A model generated the notes under the pieces. It saw nothing but the letters and a program-made list of their open reading frames with translations. It was not told where the DNA came from and searched no databases. This document shows positions 22,601 to 34,600 of a stretch of 63,885 bases of DNA, piece by piece. The stretch is from Chiloscyllium plagiosum (lineage: Eukaryota). The DNA is taken from positions 21,275,953-21,339,837 of the forward strand of contig NC_057749.1 of assembly GCF_004010195.1 (NCBI RefSeq). The letters run 5' to 3'. Numbering within the stretch: position 1 is the first letter of the stretch; each line of letters begins with the position of its first letter. A program made the position numbers and the translations under genes.

Positions 22601-25600
22601 GGTGGTCTCACTGCGAGGGAGATAAATCTGGGAGCCATAATTACAAGAGGGTCAACAATAAGTCGGATTGGGAATTCAGGAGAGATCTCTCCATCCTGAG
22701 AGTGACTAGAGTATGGAAATTGGAACGAAAAGGAGTAAAATTATTAGTAGAGGTTGCTGGAAAAGCTCAGCAGATCTGGCAGCATCTGTGGAGAGAAAGC
22801 AGAGTTAACGTTTTAAGTCGAATGTTTCCTTCCTCATAACAAAAGGAGGAGTTGAGTTGAATAACATTGAAGACAGACCAACATGCGAGGGTGAAAGGAG
22901 TAGTTTGTTGATACAGTTGAATGAAGTGAGTGGGCAAGATAGAGCAGAAGGTGGGAAACTGTGAAGCTGTTCGCTTTGACAGGAAAACTAATAAAAAAAA
23001 CAGACTGTTATTCAAATGGAGAATTCTGAGGTGAGTCCGTAAGACTTGGAAGCAGAATTAAGCCAGTAGGCCCACTGCGTCTGCTCCATCATTCAATGAG
23101 ATCATGGCTGATCTGGTAATCCTCAGCTCAACTTTCCTGCCTTTTCCCTACAACCCTTGGTGCCCTTATTGATTAAAACACTGATTATCTCAGCCTTGAA
23201 TATACTTAATGACCAATTCTCTACTGCCCTCTGGGTAAAGTGATTCATTATGGTCTGGGAGAGGAAATTGCTCCTCACCCCAATGTTCAAGGGGTAGCCC
23301 CTTGTTCTGCGATTATGCCCTCTGGTCTTCGGCACTCCCCCCAAAGGGGAAACAAACTTTCCACATGAACCTTGACAAACACCCTAAAAATCCTTTATGT
23401 TTCAATAACATTTTCTCTTACCCTTCTGTACTTCAACAATCAGAGGTACAACATGCTCACTCTCTCCTCAAAAGGCAGTCCACCAGTATCTGCCTAATGA
23501 ACCTTCTCTGGACTGCCTCCAATGACAGTCTAACTTAGATAAGGGGACCAAAACGCTTCACAGTATTCTCGGTGTTGTCTAACTAGTGCCTTGTATAGTC
23601 TTAGCAAAACCTCCATATTTTCATATTCTATTCCTTTTGAAGTAAAGGCTGACATTTTGTTTGCCTTCCCTGAACTTGGATGATTTTTCTGATTCATGCT
23701 TATTCTTTCTCTAAATAATATTTGGCTCTTCTGTTCTTGCTGCTAAAGTGCAGATACCTCACATTTTTCCACATTATATTCCATCTGCTAAGTTTTCGCC
23801 CACACACTTAACCTGCTTCTATCCCCGTGGACTCCTTGCATCGTCCTCAACACCAGCCCTCCCATCTATTTTTGTGTCAACTGCAAATTCAACTATAGTA
23901 CATTCCCTTTGCTCATCCAAGTCATTAATACAGATTGTAAATATTCGTGGACCCAGCACTGATCCCCATGGCATTCCACTAGATACAAGGTGCTATTCAG
24001 AAAATGCCCCTTTAACTCAAACTCTTGACTCTCCTTGAGTTAGCCAATCCTTGCGAATATACTAGCCCCAACACCATAAGTTCTTATTAAGAAGCCTTAT
24101 GTGCAGTACTTGACCAACATCTTTTCCAAATATTTCACACCTATTGGTTCCCCTTTCCCTTTCTTGCTTGTCACCTCCTTAAAGAGCTGGAATTAATTTG
24201 TCAGGCAGAGTGCCCCCCCCCTTTGAGAAAATATGCCAACTCTGCTTTCTTACTTTATGCGTTTGTAAATGCTCTGCTATCACAGCCTTTATAACAAACT
24301 CTAATACCTTCCCAAAGACAGACATGCATGAGGATCCTCCTACGCTCCAGTGAGAAAAGTCTATCCAGCCTCTCCTTAAAACTCAAACCCTCCACACCTG
24401 GCAACATCCTGGTCGGTCTCTCCTGAACCCTCTCCAGTTTAATAATCTCCTTCCACTAACAGTTACAGGAAATGTATTTGCCAAGTTATTCACAGCAAGT
24501 TCTCACAACTGGCAATGACTGAGTAATCTTTTAGGTGGACGGCACGGTGGCACAGTGGTTAGCACTGCTGACTCACAGCGCCGGAGACCCGGGTTCAATT
24601 CCTGCCTCAGGCGACTGACTGTGTGGAGTTTGCACGTTCTCCCCGTGTCTGCGTGGGTTTCCTCTGGGTGCTCCGGTTTCCTCCCACAGTCCAAAGATGT
24701 GCAGGTTAGGTGAATTGGCCGTGCTAAATTGCCCGTAGTGTTAGGTAAGGGGTAAATGTAAATGTAGGGGTAGGGGTATGGGTGGGTTGAGCTTCGGCGG
24801 GTCGGTGTGAACTTGTTGGGCCGAAGGGCCTGTTTCCACACTGTAATGTAATGTAATCTAATCTAGTCTGTTTCGTGCAACCTTGGTTGAGGGATAAAGG
24901 GTTGAACAGGACACCAGTGGAGATCTCCTTCATGACGGTGGGTAGGATAGTTCACCCCCACTTGACACAGCACTTAATGTCTCATGGGTAACACACAGAT
25001 ATTATTCCAGTTTTTAGACTGGATTATTCAAGCAATGATCTCAACCACAAACCCCATCATCATGAGGCAGTGAGCTCTATTGGAAGAACTTGACCTGAAC
25101 TTGACACAGCCCTCAAAGTTAGCGCTGATCAGAGATACCACAATCTGAGTGAAATCTCAGTGAAACCACGATACCCGGTCGACATGGTCAAAGATTACAC
25201 TGTTACAATCAGGAAGATGATGACAGAGCTTCGCTGAACAAATCGCTGATGGGGTAATAAGGTCACTATCCCCGAATGAGGTGGTGAGGGTGTGGAACTC
25301 ACTGTCACAGGAAGTGGTGGAAGCCGGGGTGAGGATAGAAATTCCAGCCTCCAACGCCCCCCGCTACTCCCAGCCTGAGCCACATACAGCGAGAGAACTG
25401 TGGATGCTGGAAATCAGTAACACAAGCAGAGATTGCTGGAGAAACTCAGCAGGTCTGGCAGTATCTGTCAAGAGAGAAACAGAATTAATGTTTCAAGTCC
25501 AGTGTCTCCTATGTGGAGGCTTATAAATAATAAGGGGCATGGATAAGGTGATTGGGAGATATCTTTTCCCAAGGGTGGGGGATTTCCAGATGAGGGGGCA

Positions 25601-28600
25601 CATTTCTCAGAGATGGTGGTACGTGTCTGGAATGAGCTGCCAGAGGATGTGGTGGAGGCTGGTACAATTGCAACATTTAAGAGGTATTTGGATGGGTATA
25701 TAAATAGGAAGGGTTTGGAGGGATATGGGCTGGGTGCTGGTAGGTGGGACTAGATTGGGTTGGGATATTGGGTCAGCATGGACGGGTTGGACCAAAGGAT
25801 CTGTTTCCATGCTGTACATCTCTCTGACTCTATGACATGAAGGGCAATTCTTTTTACATAGGGAGTGGTTTTTACATGGAATGAACTGCCAGAGGAAGTG
25901 GTGGATGTGGATACAGTTACAATGTTTAAATGACATTTGGATAAGTACATGAATAGGAAAGGTTTGGAGGGATATGGGCCAGGAGCAGGCAGGTGGGACT
26001 AGTTTGGTTTGGGATTATGTTCAGCATGGACTGGTTAGACTGAAGGGTCGGTCTCTGTGTTGTAGGATTTTGCGACTATGGTTCTATAATCCTCTTGGAA
26101 TGTGATGAGAAGTCTATGTATGACCTCAGGAAGAGTGCAGTTGGCATCGTGAGTGAACTTGCTGACATGTTGGAGGGATGCTGAGGCAATTGGCAGAGAA
26201 GGGTTTCAGGATACCGCCTGGTAAGATGGACAGGGGAGACTGTGCTGTTCGCTTCATTGCAATTTTTCAATTATGATGGGATGGGACTTAGTGGTCAGAC
26301 AAAATTGTTTCCAACAGCTGAGAGGTCCAGGATGAAAAGGTACAGATATCGTATGGAAGATTGGTGACTGAGGACCAGGGCAGGATAGCTTTTTCCCTGG
26401 GAGCACTGTGAAAACCTCAAGCAGATGGACTGCCTGAAACAGAAAGCACATCATGAATAAAGTCCTGCAGGTAACAAACACAGAAAGTGTTTGAGAAATG
26501 TGGCACGGTGTCTCAGTGGTTAGCACTGCTGCCTCACAGCACCAAAGACCCGGTTCGATGCTGCCCTCAGGCGACTCGCTGTGTGGAGTTTGCACATTCT
26601 CCCCCTGTCTGCGTGGGTTTCCTCTGAGTGCTCTGATTTCCTCCCACAGTCCAAGGATGTGCAGGGCAGATGAATTGGCTGTGCTAAATTACCTGTAGTG
26701 TTCAGGGATGTGTAGGTTAGGTGTACAAGTCAGAGGTTAATATAGGGAAATGGGTCTGGGTGGGTGAGTCTTTGGAGGGTCGGTGTGGACTTGTTGCGCT
26801 GAAGGGCCTCTTTTCCACACTGTAGGAATTCTATGATTCTAAACTCAACAACATCTGTACAGAGCTGAAAATGTATTGCTGGAAAAGCGCAGCAGGTCAG
26901 GCAGCATCCAAGGAGCAGGAGAGTCGATGTTTCGGGCATGAGCCCTTCTTCAGGAAACATCTGTACAGAGACAGATAAACCGAGTTAATGTTTTGCATCC
27001 AGAATCTCTTCCGAACTCAAATCATTTACCAGTTTCCAGCAGTTTCCAGTTACCATGGCAATCCAGTAAGCTGAAATAAATGGGAAATCACCAAGAAATG
27101 TATTGAAATGGAATCAATTGTGAAAGCAATGACTTACCAAATGAATGAATATCCCTCCATTCCTTAAACACCCCTATCATATCTGCCTCCACCCCCCCCC
27201 CCCCCCTCCCCCCCCCACTCCAAGGCAGCGCATTCCTGGCACCTACCACTCTCTGTGGAAAAAGACTTGTCTCTCACATCTCTTTAAAACTTTCCCCCTC
27301 TCATCTCATTCCAATTCTGAGAAGAAAATTCTGACTATCAGCCTCTCATAGTTATAAAGTTAAAAATCACACAACACCAGGTTATAGAGTTGAAAAATGT
27401 GGTGCTGGAAAAACACAGCAGGCCAGGCAGCATCTGAGGAGCAGGAGAATCACCAGGTTATAGTCCAACAGGGTTATTTGGGAGCACCAGCTTGGCATTT
27501 ACTCCACAACCACCTGATAAAGGAGCAACACTCCGAAAGCTAGTGCTTCCAAATAAACCTGTTGGACTATAACCCGGTGTTGTGTGATTTTTAACTTTAG
27601 AGTCAGGATTAGAGTGGTGCTGGAAAAGCACAGCAGGTCAGGCAGCATCCAAGGAGCAGGAAAATCGATCTTTCGGGCAAAAGCCCTTCATCAGGAATGG
27701 TTGATTGTTAAATTTTAAACCCCAGTCCAACACTGGCTCCTCCACATCAGGACTCTCATAATTTTATAAACTTCTATCAGCTCTCCCTTCAGCCTCCATT
27801 GCTCCAGAGAAAACCACCCTAGCTTGTCCAGCCTCTCCTTATAGTTCATTCTTTTGTTTGAACAAAAGATTCCATTTTATTGCGTTCCTCGGGTGATTTC
27901 CCACTTATTTCGGCTTACTGCCTTGCCATGATCCCTCTCTCTGTAGCTGTAACCTGGTAAATGACCAGAGACTGTCTCTGTGAGAATAGTCTTGGTTGGG
28001 TGATACGGTGTTCGGGCCTGTACATCAGGCAGAGGTTCTGATTGGCTCAGCTGCAGACGGTGACACAGTTATACTGTACCTGGAAGCTGAGCTCTGGGTA
28101 GTCCACCATCCCTCCGAACCAGGACAGAGCCGCGTTTAAAAAGTCTAAAATTGCCAGAAATGCCAGGAGGTTCACCGCAATATTCGCAACCAGACCAATG
28201 GAGGCTGAGGCACCATTACTTGCAGCTTCTAGAATATTCTGTTCTCCTCTGGAAGTGGGGGTTAAAGGAAAGAGAAACATTACATTCACTACAGTAATGC
28301 AATCCACTTTTCTCTTGACTGAGGGATGCAACAGAGGGGATTCAGTGACCTTGTGGCATTAGCGCAAGACTATTGATTCAGAGTTGAGAGTATGTTGCTG
28401 GAAAAGCACAGCAGGTCAGGCAGCATCCGAGGAGCAGGAGAGTCGATGTTTTGGGCTGGAGCCCTTCATCAGGAATGAGACTGGGAGCCTTGGGGGATGG
28501 AGAGAGAAATGGGAGGGGGTGGGGCGGGGGGGGAAGGTAGCTAAGAGTGCAATAGGTGGATGGAGGAAGGGACAAAGGTGATAGGTCAGAGAGGAGGGTG

Positions 28601-31600
28601 GAACGGATAAGTGGGAAGAAGATTGGCAGGTAGAACAGGTCATGAGGACGGTGCTGAGCTGGAAGCTTGGAATTAGGGTAAGGTGGGGGGAGGGGAAATG
28701 AGGAAAGTGGTAAAATCCACATTGATGCTCTGGAGTTGGAGGGTCCCGAGGCTGAAGATGAGGCATTCTTACTCCAGGTGTCAGGTAATGAGGGAGCGGC
28801 GGTGGGGGAGGCCCAGGACCTCCATATCCTCGGCAGAGTGGGAGGGGGAGTTGAAATGTTTGGTCACAGAGCGTTGGGGTTGATTGGTGCGGGTGTCCCG
28901 GAGATGTTCCCTGAAGCGCTCTGTGAGGAGGCGTCCAGTCTCCCCAGTGTAGAGGAGACCGCATCGGGAGCAACGGATACAATAAATGATATTGGTGGAT
29001 GTGCAAGTGAAACGTTGATGGATGTGAAAGGCTCCTTTGGGGCCTTGGATGGAAGTGAGGGAGGAGGTGTGGGCGCAGGTTTTGCAATTCCTGCAGTGGC
29101 AGGGGAAGGTGCCAGAGGGGAGGGTGGGTTGTTGGGGTGGGGGGGCGTGAGCAATATACTGGGAACTCAGTGGAATATGAATTCAATTTTAAAAAACGTC
29201 TGAAATTAAGAGCTTAATGATGACCATGAAACTATTGTCAATTGTTGGAAAAACCCATCTGGTTCACTAATGTACTTCAAGGAAGGAAACTGCCATCCTT
29301 ACCTGGTCTGGCCCCCATGTGACTCCAGACCCACAGCAACATCATTGACTCTGAACAATTGGGGATGGGTATGAAATGCTGGCTTACTTGTCATGATACG
29401 TCCTATCTCTCAACAGCTATCCTGTTCCAGCCCCTGTTCTTCCCCCTCAGCCCTGCAAACGATTCCCTTTCACATTACTTTCTTTAAATATCTTTCTCCC
29501 CATGACCCCTTTTGGAAATTATCTCAAATCGATGTCCCCTGTCCGCCTCCGTCACTGGAATTAGTCTCTGCTTATTTGCTCGATCAAAACCATTTAGACA
29601 TCTCCGTCATTACTGAATATAAGCTGCCAGAGAGCTCACTTTCTTCATGAAACTGAGGTCACTGGTTTTCAAAACATAACTGGGAGAGTCAGTCACATTA
29701 TTGAGGCCAATGTGCTGGAGGTATGGGTGCAGGGGACAAGGTAGGAGGAAAGCACCAGGTGAATTGTTCATTTGGAGAGCTGGTATAGACACAATGGGCT
29801 GAAGGGTATCCTTCCATGCTGTAAGGGTTCTGTTTAAGTTACTGAGTCCCCAGTCCCAGTCCATTAAAGCACTTTCCCTGAGGCAAGGATAGTTACAGGA
29901 GTAAAATCTGTGCATGTGTGTGATCAATCCCGACTACGGATGGCAATGAGGTCTCCAGGAGTGGCTGACTGGGAGATTAACTTTAGGTTTAGGGTTACAG
30001 TTAGGGTTACAGTTAGGGTTAGGTTTAAGGTTAGGGTTAGGGTTAGGGTTAAGGTTAAGGTTAAGGTTAGGGTTACAGTTAGGGCTAGGGTTACAGTTAG
30101 GGTAGGGTTGGGTTACAGTTAGGGCTAGGGTTAAGGTTAAGGTTAGGGTTAGGTTAACAGTTAGGGCTAGGGTTACAGTTAGGATAGGATTAGAGTTACA
30201 GTAGGGCTAGGGAGGGCTAGGTTAGGGTTAGGTTTACAGTTCGGGTTAGTGTGAGGGTTACATTTAGGATTAGGGTTAGGAATAGGGTTAGAGTTGGGGT
30301 TAGGCTTAGAGTTAGAGTTAGGGTTAGGATTTAGATTTGGGTTAGGTTTATAGTTAGGTTTACAGTTAGGGTTAGGGTTAGCTTTAGGGTTTGGGTTAGG
30401 GTTAGGGTTTAGGTTAGGGTTAGGGTTTAGGTTTAAGGTTAAGTTTTAGCATTAGGTTTAGGGGTAGGGTTAGGGCTAGGGTTTAGGGTTATCTTAGTTT
30501 CACGTGGGTCTTGCAGTGTTACAATATAATTGCTTCCGTTTGTTGGTTTTTGATGTTGTGAATTGGAGGAGGCCAATCTGCCCTTCGAACCTAATCCAGC
30601 ATTCAATTACATCACCAATGATCAGATGACTCTACATTCCCATGGTAACTGTTCACCGCACCTCACATCCCCAAACACCCCCTTCCCCCCTCTCTCTCAT
30701 ATACACACACCAAGATTCAGTCCAACCCTTCTGAGAAATGTTCAAACGTCTTGGCTTGAACCACTGTTTGAGGTTGAAACTTCTAAAGTCTCTCGGCCCT
30801 TTGTCTGATAGAAATTCTCATCTCAACTTTAAGTGGCAAGTTTCTTTTTAGAAAAAAGATGCCAGTTTCATTGATAGCATCTATATCAATGGAAATAGGC
30901 TATTAGGCCCAACAAGTCTACACTGACCCTCCGTACAGTATCCCACCCAGACCCAATTATTCTACATTTACCACTGACTAGTGCACCTAACCTACACAAC
31001 CCTGAACAATATAACCTGCATTTTTGGATTGTGGGATGACCTGTGGAAAACCCACGCAGACACAGGGAGAAAGCTCCACACAGACAGTCACCTGAGGCTG
31101 GAATTGAACCTGGGTCTCTTACGTTGTGAGGCGGCAGTGCTAACCACTGATCTACCGTAGAATCTTCACATGAAGAAAACACCCTCTCCACATGCACTGT
31201 GTCATAATCCCTCAGATTCCTGTATGTTATGATCAAGTTCTCTCTTAAGCTTCTAAACTCCAACATATACAAGTGTAACCTGCCCAATCTTTCCTCATCA
31301 GATAATTCCACACAGTCAATTGCCTGAGGCTGGAATCGAACCCGGGTCCCTGATGCTGTGACGCAGCAATGCTAACCACAGTGCCACCCTAAATGGGTTG
31401 GACAGAGAGCAGGAGATACACCCAAGGAAATTGGGCTCTGAGATCCCCTTGGCTGGTAAATTATCAAATTTTCACTTCAATTGGTCTGAGTTGAAATCTT
31501 TGTGCCATCTCTTTGAAATCAGAGATGACATAATGAAGACAGCCTAAAGTCTTTTACACAATAATATAACGTGGTGATCACTATTAAATTGGAGTCTAAT

Positions 31601-34600
31601 ATCACACACCCACAGTCTAGCTTCACTCCTTCTTGACTCATGAACTTCGATTCTTCGAGTTCTGGGTAGCTGAGCTTTGACAGAGCCAGTGCACAAGGGG
31701 CTGCCATCACTGACGCTGCAATCAGACTGGAGGCACTAATCTGTAAAAGAAGATCACAACATGATCAGATTGAAACAATGGATTGAAAAGTATTTGAATA
31801 ATCTGCCACTTTCCTCATAACCCATGGATTATTTCAAAAATAAGATTGGAGTCATATTCTGCATTTGGAAGTGGAGCTACATTAACCCAGGAGAAAGTGA
31901 GGACTGCAGATGCTGGAGATCAGAGTCAAAACGTGTGGTGCTGGAAAAGCACAGCCAGTCAGGCAGCATCCGAGGAGCAGGAGAATCAACGTTTCGAGCA
32001 TTCGTCCTTCATTCCTGATGAAGAGCTTATGTTCAAAATGTCGACTCTCGTGCTCCTCGGATGCTGTCTGACCGGCTGTGCTTTTCCAGCGCCACACTTT
32101 TTGACGCTACATAAACCCAGCCTATTAAAATGCCAGGCCTCTATTTTGAAGAGCGTTCAATATTTGCAAATACTTTACACTGAGGTTACTGGCAGTATCC
32201 TACTCTGTTGGATGCCAGTCACATCCTGAGTGGTGTCAGGGTAAAGAGCAGTGTTATACAAGTCCAGTATATCATTATATAGATTCCAGACCAGATAGGC
32301 CTGTAACTATAACACAGTTCCATGATCTCACAATGTCCAATGTTTTAGCAAAAAAGGACCTGCCTCACTCTCTCTGTGTAATGGAGTCAGTTGGTTATCT
32401 GTGCATAACGTACAGTAACATTAACAAGTCCAGAACACAGACTGAGTGTCACCCTGTGGTCTTGCAGCCTTATATAAATATCAAGTGCTGCAAATAAACT
32501 TCAAGATATCTGATTCAACAGAGCCCAACTTTAAATGGTATATGTAACCTGGGCTGACATATAGAAAACCAGAAATGGCATCACTCAGCTCGGTAACTCT
32601 TCTGAAAGGGGGTGGGGTGAAACAGGATTTCTCCCTACTCCACAAAAAAAGTATGCCAATTGAGAAACATTTTAGGCTTCTTTAAAGGGGCCAGGGCAAG
32701 TACACATGTTTGGCTTCGTTCAAGAATTTAACTATGACTGAATTGGGATGTCAAAAATATACATATTGAACAATATATCATAGATTCTCAAAGTCACTTG
32801 GATTGTGTACAAATATACTTTGAATAAAGTGCCCTAAAACCTTGACTGACTTTTTCAGCTTTGCTTGCTTTGTAAATAATCACCAAGTTTTTAAAATTCT
32901 GTTGACTTTAGCTTCAGTGTAATTCTAATTCATATAAATAAATCTGACTTGTGCCTTTAGCCTGTTTGACATGCTGTTTAGTGTTTCGTTTGACATTACA
33001 GAGTGTGAGGCAATCCACATGAAACCCTGGTGCACATCTGATTGGTAAAAGGGTAATTGATAGCTCAATTCACAGGAGTAGGCCAATCGGCCTCTCGAGT
33101 CTGTTCTGTCATTCTGGTGAATCATGAATGATTCTGATCTTCATTCGAATATGCTATGTAAGCATGTAATACACTTGCATATTGAAAAGGATCAGCCTGA
33201 GGTCTGACATTTCTTTAGTAATTACTAAGTACACAGCTTTTTGGGAGATAAAGTCCCAGCTTCCTATTACCCTTTGTGCGGAGGGTGCAGGTGGAGGGGT
33301 TGTTGTGAGCGATAAACAGGGCATGAGTAACATGTGGAGGAAGAACCTGAGCACTTACCCCAAAGGAGATGTAGGCCCCAAGGACACTGCCAGCAATTGT
33401 GGCGAACCCTCCAGTCATTACAGCATGCATCTCAGACTTGGTCATTTCAGGCAAGTATGGCCGGATGAGGAGTGGCGACTCTGTCTGAAATGAAACCAAT
33501 GACCCTTCACGGTTGTGTTACAAGCGCCTCGTCTGGAAGAAGACCCAATCCGTCACAACCACAACACGTGCAGAAGGTAAAGCTCGAACTTTTAACACCG
33601 TCCACATCATCGAATTGTTACAGTGCAGAGATTCAGGCTATTCAGCCCATCCTGTCTGCTCTCTAAACAAGCAATTACCATTCTCCCCGCAACCTGCGTT
33701 GTCTTTTTTCTCAAAATTCCCTTTTGAAATGCCCTTACTTTTCTCCCTGGAGAGTAGGAAACTGAGAGGTGACCTTATATAGGTTTATGAATCATGACAG
33801 GCATAGATAAGTTAGATAGCCAACAATCTTTCCATAGGGTAGGGGTGTCTAAAACTGGAGGGTGTGGGTTTAAGCTGAGAAGGGAGAGATACGGAGATAC
33901 GAAAGGGTCCAGAGGGGCAATGTTTTCACACGGAGGATGATGAGTGTCTTAACAGGCTGCCAGAGGTAGTGGTGGAAACAAGTACAATTTTTTTCATTTA
34001 AGAAATATTTAGACAGTTTTTTAAAATTCATTCATGGGATGTGCCTAGGTCAGCATTTATTGCCCATCCCTAATTGCCCGGGAGGAGTTAAGAGTCAACC
34101 TCATTGCTATGGGTCTGGAGTCACATGTAGGCCAGGCCTGTTAAGGATGGCAGAGTTCCTTCCCTAAAGGCACTTAGTGAACGAGAATTGACAATGGATT
34201 CATGGTCATGATTAGACTCTTAATTCCAGATTTTTATTGAAATCAAATTCCACTATAGGCCAGGGCAGGATTTGAACCTGGCTTCCAGAACATTACCTGG
34301 GTCTCTGGATTAATAGTCCAGGAAATCACCTCCCCTGCGGTACCTGGATAGAATAGGTATGGAGGGATATGGACCAAATGCAGGCAAATGGGACTAGATT
34401 AATTGTGGAAAGTGGGCAGCATTGGCAAGTCGGGCCGAAAGGCCTGTTTTCGTGCTGTAGACCTCCCTGACTCTATGAAAGCTCTGACTGAACCTGCCTC
34501 AACTATAGTCTCAGGCAGTGCATTTCATACCCTAACCAATCGCTGCCTGAGGCAAGTCGTTACTCCTGAAATATCTGTTTTGTTCGCCAATAATGTCAAA

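Noticed and set aside
24536..24610. tRNA gene (A and B boxes)
   Set aside because: It is the tRNA-derived head of an HE1-type SINE, followed by the SINE body, and is repeated about 15 times in the window.
29910..30122. RVRVRV and GLGLEL ORFs (also 34403-34807)
   Set aside because: These are translations of the telomere-like hexamer tracts.
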